This document shows positions 58,185 through 64,000 of a DNA stretch of 64,000 nucleotides, piece by piece; within the stretch, counting starts at the first letter, position 1; the number at the start of each line of letters is the position of its first letter. The notes under the pieces are model-generated. The model worked only from the letters and a program-made list of their open reading frames with translations. It had not been told where the DNA came from and searched no databases. A program made the position numbers and the translations under genes. This stretch comes from Eubacteriales bacterium (GTDB lineage Bacteria > Bacillota > Clostridia > Oscillospirales > SIG627), in assembly GCA_045597125.1 (NCBI GenBank), contig JAZODR010000031.1, forward strand, positions 40,836-104,835. Direction: 5' to 3'.

Positions 58185-59465
58185 ATGAAAGATTTTTATC
58201 TTACACCGAAATTTTTTACGCTTTTAAAAACGTATGGCAAAGATCAGTTTGTAAAGGATGCGATTGCAGGTGTCATCGTTGCTATTATTGCCCTTCCGCT
58301 TTCCATCGCTTTGGCGCTTGCCAGCGGTGTTGAACCTGCCGCGGGCGTTTATACCGCCATCACTGCGGGCTTTGTAGTATCTTTATTGGGCGGTAGCCGC
58401 GTACAGATTGCAGGACCTACCGCAGCCTTTGCTACTATTGTGGCAGGTGTGGTTGCCCGTGAGGGAATGGGCGGTCTTGTAATAGCAACGCTACTGGCGG
58501 GCATTCTTTTGATTTTGATGGGTGTTTGCAAAATGGGCGGTTTGATCCGCTTCGTTCCTAAAACCATTACGGTTGGTTTTACTGCGGGTATTGCCGTTAC
58601 CATTTTGTTGGGACAGGTAAAGGATTTTTTTGGTTTGCAATATGCGGCAGGAGTAAAGCCTGTGGAAACTGCCCAAAAGATTGAGGCGAATTTATCATCT
58701 CTTTCTACCTTTTCTTGGCAAGCGTTTTTGGTAGGCGCGGTGTCTCTTTTGATTTTGATTGTTTATCCTAAATTTGAGAAGAGGATTCCTCCGTCGCTGA
58801 TTGCCGTTTTGGTAGGCGCTTTGATGGTAAAATTTATCCCCGCTTTGGACGAGGGGGTATTCACCATCGGTGAACTTTATACCATCCCGGAAGGTCTTCC
58901 CAAATTCGTTTTAGGTGATGTGGATTTTTCCACCGGTAAAATGCTTTCGCTTTTGCCTGATGCCGTGACCATTGCGGTACTTGCCGCCATTGAATCCCTT
59001 CTTTCCTGCGTTGTGGCAGATTCTATGGTAGATTCAAAGCACAATCCCAATGCTGAGCTTGTGGCGCAAGGCGCGGGAAATATGCTTTCTGTGATGTTTG
59101 GCGGTATTCCCGCCACAGGCGCCATTGCCCGTACCGCCGCTAACGCCAAAAACGGTGGCAGAACTCCTGTTGCGGGAATGGTACACGCTATCGTTTTGCT
59201 TTTGGTTCTTTTGTTTTTGATGCCCTTTGCGGCATTGATTCCAATGCCCACTATCGCCGCGATCCTTTTTGTGGTAGCGTATAATATGAGCGAGTGGCGC
59301 AAGTTTGTAAAACTGGTAAAAGTCGAAAAGGTAACGGGAATTCTTATTTTGATTCTCACTTTTGTTCTTACCGTAGTCTTTGATCTTGTTGTTGCCATTG
59401 CCGTGGGACTTTCGCTGCATTTTCTCTTTTTCCTTATAGGAAAAATTTCAAAGAAGTCCAAATAA
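58185..59465 (+). CDS. SulP-family anion transporter lacking a STAS domain
   Basis: DAIAGVIVAIIALPLSIALALASG and ELVAQGAGNMLSVMFGGIPATGAIARTA are present. The protein ends right after the last TM. Confidence 0.82.
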   Translation: MKDFYLTPKFFTLLKTYGKDQFVKDAIAGVIVAIIALPLSIALALASGVEPAAGVYTAITAGFVVSLLGGSRVQIAGPTAAFATIVAGVVAREGMGGLVIATLLAGILLILMGVCKMGGLIRFVPKTITVGFTAGIAVTILLGQVKDFFGLQYAAGVKPVETAQKIEANLSSLSTFSWQAFLVGAVSLLILIVYPKFEKRIPPSLIAVLVGALMVKFIPALDEGVFTIGELYTIPEGLPKFVLGDVDFSTGKMLSLLPDAVTIAVLAAIESLLSCVVADSMVDSKHNPNAELVAQGAGNMLSVMFGGIPATGAIARTAANAKNGGRTPVAGMVHAIVLLLVLLFLMPFAALIPMPTIAAILFVVAYNMSEWRKFVKLVKVEKVTGILILILTFVLTVVFDLVVAIAVGLSLHFLFFLIGKISKKSK

Positions 59466-59471
59466 AGCTTT

Positions 59472-59503
59472 GCTCCCGAGAGTATATACTTTCGGGAGCT
59501 TTT
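59472..59503. terminator. bidirectional intrinsic terminator
   Basis: 11-bp stem gctcccgagag / ctttcgggagc (one G-U pair) with a 6-nt loop, followed by TTTT. Confidence 0.72.
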
Positions 59504-59509
59504 ATCATA

Positions 59510-60172
59510 TTACTTAAAAGATACGGGTTTTGTTTCGCCGGTGGCGAAAGCGTTAGGGCCCGGGTCTGACATGGAAAAGTACATTTTTGCGGCTTGGGTT
59601 GTCCCAAAATCTCTGTTTGAACCGGAATTTTGTACCTTGTTAAATGCATCTCGGAACATCTGGTTGTGTGCTTCCTCGCGATTTAGCAAAAAGTCAATGG
59701 TTTCACGTACTTTTTTATCATCAATTTGTCGGTAAAGGTATTCGTAAACTACCTTTGCACGTTGTTCGGATGCGATGTTGCTCAATAGGTCTGCGCATAA
59801 ATCGCCTGTGACTGTTACATAATCGGCTGTCCAAGAGTATCCCGATGCATTAATCAAACCGGGATTCAGACCAAGAATGACATGGGTTTGAATTTCTCCT
59901 GACGGTACTTTTTTTGCATCAACTTCGTGTCCGTTTAACAGGTTAATGGTCTGGGCTACCATCTCCATATGCCCTAATTCCTCAGCGGCAATATCAAGAA
60001 ACAAATCCTTGATTTCGGGGTCTTTAATTCTGAAGCTTTGCGACATATACTGCATAGCTGCTTTCAGTTCGCCGTTTCCGCCACCAAGCTGTTCCTGCAA
60101 AAGTGCCGCATATTGTGGATTTGGTCTCTCCACTTCTACGGGATGAAAAAGCATCTTTTCGTGTTTAAACAT
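59510..60172 (-). CDS. manganese catalase family protein
   Basis: GGGNGELKAAMQYMSQSF and AAEELGHMEMV (di-Mn ligands) are present. AGGAGG lies 7 nt before the ATG at 60172. Confidence 0.85.
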   Translation of the reverse strand: MFKHEKMLFHPVEVERPNPQYAALLQEQLGGGNGELKAAMQYMSQSFRIKDPEIKDLFLDIAAEELGHMEMVAQTINLLNGHEVDAKKVPSGEIQTHVILGLNPGLINASGYSWTADYVTVTGDLCADLLSNIASEQRAKVVYEYLYRQIDDKKVRETIDFLLNREEAHNQMFRDAFNKVQNSGSNRDFGTTQAAKMYFSMSDPGPNAFATGETKPVSFK

Positions 60173-60379
60173 TAGATTACCTCCTGTATATTTTCTTGTG
60201 ATATTATTTTGCAATTTTTTGGAAAATATACCTGAAGGTCAAAAATAGAGTTATGTTTCCTTGCAGAATTGGTTTCTACCGTCAAAATTTGAGCCGCAGT
60301 AATTAATGAAATACGATTTTATCTTGAAGGCGGGTAAATATGAAATCGCATAAAAGAAAAGATAATAATTATTAAAGCC

Positions 60380-60408
60380 TTGACGAAACGAGAAAAGTGT
60401 GCTATAAT
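60380..60408 (+). promoter_or_regulatory. strong putative sigma-A promoter upstream of the V-ATPase operon
   Basis: TTGACG, a 17-nt spacer, then an extended -10 TGcTATAAT. Confidence 0.6.
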
Positions 60409-60438
60409 TTTATAAAATCGAATAATTGTAATTACATT

Positions 60439-60484
60439 AATGGATCCAGCTGTCTGCAGAGGAGTTGGATCCATTTTGTTTTTT
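60439..60484 (+). terminator. intrinsic terminator-like hairpin inside the V-ATPase leader (possible attenuator)
   Basis: 10-bp stem aatggatcca / tggatccatt with a 17-nt loop, followed by ttgtttttt. It lies about 40 nt before the ntpE ATG. Confidence 0.5.
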
Positions 60485-60523
60485 AGCAGTAAATTTAACT
60501 AAATACAAAAAGGAGATAGAATT

Positions 60524-61132
60524 ATGGAAGTTCAACTTCAGGAGCTTATTGAGCAGATCAAGAAGGACGGTGCGGAGGCTGCTGAGGCAGAAGCTAAGGC
60601 TATAGTCGAAGCTGCAAAGTCAGATGCCGAAAAGATTATTGCTGATGCACAGGCACAGGCAGATAAAATCTTGGCCGGTGCAAAAACTGAAACTGAGCGA
60701 ATGACGAAATCAAGTGAGGAGGCTATTCGTCAGGCAGGTCGCAATCTGCTGATTTCTTTCAGAGAAAGTGTAACGAGAGAGCTTAAAGCTATTGTTGGTG
60801 AAAATGTTAACGCTGTATATTCATCGGATGCACTCGCAAAGCTGATTATCAGCATTGTTGAAAGCTGGGCAAATAAACCTGATGCAGAAGATATCGCGGT
60901 GATTTTGAATACTCAAGACCTTAACAAATTAGAAGAAACCTTATTTGCAGTTCTTAAAGAAAAAATGTTAAAGGGTATCACTTTGAAGGCGAATGATAAT
61001 TTCGACGGCGGATTCCGCATTGCGGTAAGGGGCGGTACCGCATATTATGATTATTCGGCAGAGGCGGTTGTGGATATGCTTTCAAATTATCTTAGCCCTA
61101 AGGTTACTGAGCTTTTGAAAGAGGCGAAGTAA
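60524..61132 (+). CDS. ntpE: V-type ATP synthase subunit E
   Basis: The Ala/Glu/Lys-rich helical N-terminus (AEAAEAEAKAIVEAAKSDAEKIIADAQAQADKIL) is typical of V/A-type subunit E. AAAGGAG Shine-Dalgarno. Confidence 0.8.
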   Translation: MEVQLQELIEQIKKDGAEAAEAEAKAIVEAAKSDAEKIIADAQAQADKILAGAKTETERMTKSSEEAIRQAGRNLLISFRESVTRELKAIVGENVNAVYSSDALAKLIISIVESWANKPDAEDIAVILNTQDLNKLEETLFAVLKEKMLKGITLKANDNFDGGFRIAVRGGTAYYDYSAEAVVDMLSNYLSPKVTELLKEAK

Positions 61133-61137
61133 TAACT

Positions 61138-61695
61138 ATGGCTGAATATTATTTAATATCGCAGTTGCCGTCTTTGGATGGGATAAGTGAAAATACTCCG
61201 CTTCCGATTACCGAAGAACGATTTGCAGAGCTTTGCAAACGCTTTTTAGGAAAAAGGTCGCAGGAGGCTATGAAAAAGCTCACTTTATCACCTTCAAAAG
61301 AAATTGAGAGTTCGGATTCGGTTTTGATTGATGCTTGGAATGAATGCGAGAGAAATTTTCGATTTGCGCTTGCTAAAGTTCGGGCGGAGAAAATGAAGAA
61401 AACCTTTGTTACGGAAAATAGAATTTTTCCTGTGGAATATATCAAGGCGGCAAGTGCGGCAATAGAAATCGAAAATCCAATGGAAGCAGAAAAATATCTA
61501 AACAGTTACCGTTTGGGAATCTTAGAAACGCTAAGGCCTATGGATAGCTTCTCTGAGGATTATATCTTCTATTACGGACTTAAATTAAAATTGCTTCTTC
61601 GGATAAGGCAGTTTGATACAAAGACCGGAGAAAAAGCGTACAAAAATATATATGACTCCATTTTAAATGGAGATAGGTTGGAGGCAAAACAATGA
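61138..61695 (+). CDS. DUF2764-like protein found between E and A in one V-ATPase operon type
   Basis: 185 aa and soluble. There is an ATGA overlap with subunit A. The family call rests on position and on my memory of Bacteroidetes-type operons. Confidence 0.55.
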   Translation: MAEYYLISQLPSLDGISENTPLPITEERFAELCKRFLGKRSQEAMKKLTLSPSKEIESSDSVLIDAWNECERNFRFALAKVRAEKMKKTFVTENRIFPVEYIKAASAAIEIENPMEAEKYLNSYRLGILETLRPMDSFSEDYIFYYGLKLKLLLRIRQFDTKTGEKAYKNIYDSILNGDRLEAKQ

Positions 61696-63461
61696 CCGAA
61701 AATAAAGGAAAGGTAGTAAGCATAAACGGAAACTTGGTGTCGGTAAAATTTGACGGCAACGTTTCTATGAACGAAATATGCTATGTTTTTGTGGGTGATA
61801 CTGCCCTTAAAAGCGAGGTTATCCGTATAAAAGGCAACGTAGCACAAGTGCAGGTTTATGAAATGACCGATGGCATTCAATGTGGTGATACGGTTGAATT
61901 TACGGGAGATATGCTCTCGGCAGATCTTGGCCCCGGATTGCTCGGTCAGATATATGACGGACTTCAAAACCCGCTTCCCGTTTTAGCAGAGCAGGCAGGC
62001 TGGTTTTTGGAAAGAGGAATTTACGCAGACGGACTTAATACGGAAAAGAAATGGGAATTTACACCGACTGCGAAGGTTGGTGACGTTGTTCGTGCGGGTG
62101 AATACATCGGCAATGTTCCCGAAGGCCCTTTTACACATAAAATTTTCATCCCCTTTTATCTGCTTGGAAACTATACAGTAAAATCCATTGCGGATAAGGG
62201 CGAATATACCGTTAAAGAAACGATTGCGGTGGTAACTGATGAGCGAGGCCGTGAAATATCCGTATCAATGTCATTTAAGTGGCCTGTTAAACGCGCGGTT
62301 AAATGCTATAGTGAGAGATTGGCACCCGTAGAAACAATGGAAACCAAGGTACGACTTATCGACACCTTCTTCCCTGTAGCAAAAGGCGGAACCTATTGTA
62401 CGCCCGGACCTTTCGGTGCAGGCAAAACCGTATTGCAGCATACCACATCGAAATATGCGGATGTAGATATTGTTATTATTGCTGCTTGCGGCGAGCGTGC
62501 AGGTGAGGTTGTTGAAACGCTGACAGAGTTTCCCGAACTGACCGACCCTAAAACCGGTCGTTCGCTTATGGAACGAACCATTATTATATGTAATACTTCC
62601 TCTATGCCCGTTGCCTCCCGTGAAGCTTCGGTTTATACTGCGGTAACACTTGCTGAGTACTATCGCCAAATGGGGCTTCATGTTCTTATGCTGGCAGACT
62701 CAACATCTCGCTGGGCACAGGCGATGCGTGAAATGTCCGGCAGATTGGAAGAGATTCCCGGCGAAGAGGCTTTCCCAGCATACTTGGAATCCTATATTGC
62801 CGCCTTCTATGAAAGGGCGGGCTATGTCCGTTTGCCGGACGGCAGTACCGGTTCCGTTACCATTGGCGGTACCGTATCTCCTGCAGGCGGCAACTTTGAG
62901 GAACCTGTAACACAGGCGACTTTAAAGGTTGTGGGTGCTTTCCATGGCCTTTCCCGTGAGCGTTCGGATGCAAGAAAGTATCCCGCCATTGACCCGCTTA
63001 TCTCTTGGTCAAAATATAACAGCGTTATTGACAACGAAAAGTTAGACTTTTGTAAGAGTATTCTTCACCACGGAGATGAGATTGGTTCGATGATGAAGGT
63101 TGTCGGTGAAGAAGGCACCACTCTTTCAGATTACATTACCTATTTAAAATCCGAAATGCTCGATGCCGTTTATCTGCAACAGAATTCCTTCGATTTAGTT
63201 GATGCAAACTGCGGAAAATTGCGTCAACGCTATGTCATCGATAAGTTGGTATATGTTTTGGGCAGTAATTACGCTCTTGAAAATAAAGACGATGCGCGAG
63301 GCTTCTTTAACCGTATGCGTCAAAAATTCATCGACTGGAATTATACCGATTTTGAGAACGAAGTATTCAAAAAAGCAGAATCTGAGATTGATGAATTGTA
63401 TCGCAAAGGTGACGGCAAATTAGCCGCACCGACTGAAAAACTATTAAAGGACGGTGAATGA
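61692..63461 (+). CDS. ntpA: V-type ATP synthase catalytic subunit A
   Basis: Walker A is [31 protein letters not shown] and PAYLES are present, as is the non-homologous insert typical of A subunits. Confidence 0.95.
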   Translation: MTENKGKVVSINGNLVSVKFDGNVSMNEICYVFVGDTALKSEVIRIKGNVAQVQVYEMTDGIQCGDTVEFTGDMLSADLGPGLLGQIYDGLQNPLPVLAEQAGWFLERGIYADGLNTEKKWEFTPTAKVGDVVRAGEYIGNVPEGPFTHKIFIPFYLLGNYTVKSIADKGEYTVKETIAVVTDERGREISVSMSFKWPVKRAVKCYSERLAPVETMETKVRLIDTFFPVAKGGTYCTPGPFGAGKTVLQHTTSKYADVDIVIIAACGERAGEVVETLTEFPELTDPKTGRSLMERTIIICNTSSMPVASREASVYTAVTLAEYYRQMGLHVLMLADSTSRWAQAMREMSGRLEEIPGEEAFPAYLESYIAAFYERAGYVRLPDGSTGSVTIGGTVSPAGGNFEEPVTQATLKVVGAFHGLSRERSDARKYPAIDPLISWSKYNSVIDNEKLDFCKSILHHGDEIGSMMKVVGEEGTTLSDYITYLKSEMLDAVYLQQNSFDLVDANCGKLRQRYVIDKLVYVLGSNYALENKDDARGFFNRMRQKFIDWNYTDFENEVFKKAESEIDELYRKGDGKLAAPTEKLLKDGE

Positions 63462-63463
63462 GA

Positions 63464-64000
63464 GTGAATAAAGTATATAATCGAATAGAATCCATTACCG
63501 GTAATGTTATCACTGTCCGAGCAAATGATGTTAAGTATAAGGAATTGGCACAGATCAACACACGCTTTGGCAAGTCCTTGGCTCAGGTTAATAAAATTGA
63601 GGGAGATATTGTTTCTCTGCAGGTTTTTGCCGGCGGTCAGGGTGTCTCTACAGGAGATGAAGTTCGTTTCCTCGGTCACGAAATGCGGGTATCTTTTAGC
63701 GAACATTTATTAGGTCGTATATTCAACGGCTCAGGTGAGCCGAGAGATAAAGACCCTGCACTTAACGAGAATATGAAACCCATCGGCGGCCCCTCTGTTA
63801 ATCCCACTAAACGTATTCTTGCCAACCGAATGATGAGAACCAACATTCCTATGATTGATATGTTCAATACCTTGGTTGTTTCTCAGAAACTACCCATTTT
63901 TTCCATTTCCGGTGAGCCGTACAATCAACTTCTTGCCCGAATTGCAATGCAGGCAGAAGCCGACGTAATCGTTCTTGGCGGTATGGGTCTTAAATATGAT
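63464..64000 (+). CDS. ntpB: V-type ATP synthase subunit B (3'-truncated by the window edge)
   Basis: My own translation from the GTG at 63464 gives [18 protein letters not shown]...[14 protein letters not shown]...[32 protein letters not shown]. It stays open to base 64000. Confidence 0.9.
   Translation, partial: MNKVYNRIESITGNVITVRANDVKYKELAQINTRFGKSLAQVNKIEGDIVSLQVFAGGQGVSTGDEVRFLGHEMRVSFSEHLLGRIFNGSGEPRDKDPALNENMKPIGGPSVNPTKRILANRMMRTNIPMIDMFNTLVVSQKLPIFSISGEPYNQLLARIAMQAEADVIVLGGMGLKYD

Noticed and set aside
60306-60353. A 15-aa small ORF (MKYDFILKAGKYEIA) in the intergenic region upstream of the V-ATPase promoter, considered as a possible leader peptide.
   Set aside because: It has no Shine-Dalgarno. 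It lies upstream of the predicted promoter, so it would not be part of the leader transcript.
60441-60472. A cluster of restriction-type palindromes (GGATCC, CAGCTG, CTGCAG, GGATCC) that resembles a cloning polylinker.
   Set aside because: The two GGATCC sites are simply the two arms of the terminator hairpin, and the others sit in its loop. Nothing else nearby looks vector-derived.

Overview
This is a densely coding 64 kb stretch of a Firmicutes chromosome, probably a spore-forming member of the Clostridia, with about 55 CDS. I could not assign it to a taxon more precisely. Most of it is housekeeping: lon-engB, pfkA, groES-groEL behind a perfect CIRCE operator, the rimP-nusA-ylxR-ylxQ-infB-rbfA-nrnA-truB operon, RNase J, recG, glyQS and the 5' part of a V-type ATPase operon (E, DUF2764-like, A, B). 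Cell-envelope genes are interspersed: a class B sortase, a Wzz/BY-kinase/PHP-phosphatase triad, LCP plus YfhO, a lipoprotein/MBOAT/DHHW-like trio and two NodB deacetylases. Transporters include MscS, CPA2, SulP and two ABC exporters. I saw no rRNA, tRNA, CRISPR array, transposase, integrase or phage gene. No clear novel defence or mobile system is visible. The least explained modules are: (1) a membrane-anchored Rad50/YhaN-like ATPase whose stop codon overlaps the recG start (TAATG), with no nuclease partner; (2) an ABC / small DUF1854-like protein / ABC operon in which both exporters carry an N-terminal soluble domain plus zinc ribbon; (3) a promoter-to-terminator insulated gene for an 896-aa tyrosine-rich secreted protein with no recognisable domain; (4) a strong promoter followed about 30 nt later by an intrinsic terminator just upstream of the V-ATPase operon. 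All product calls come from motif recognition by eye in the supplied translations. No database search was run.
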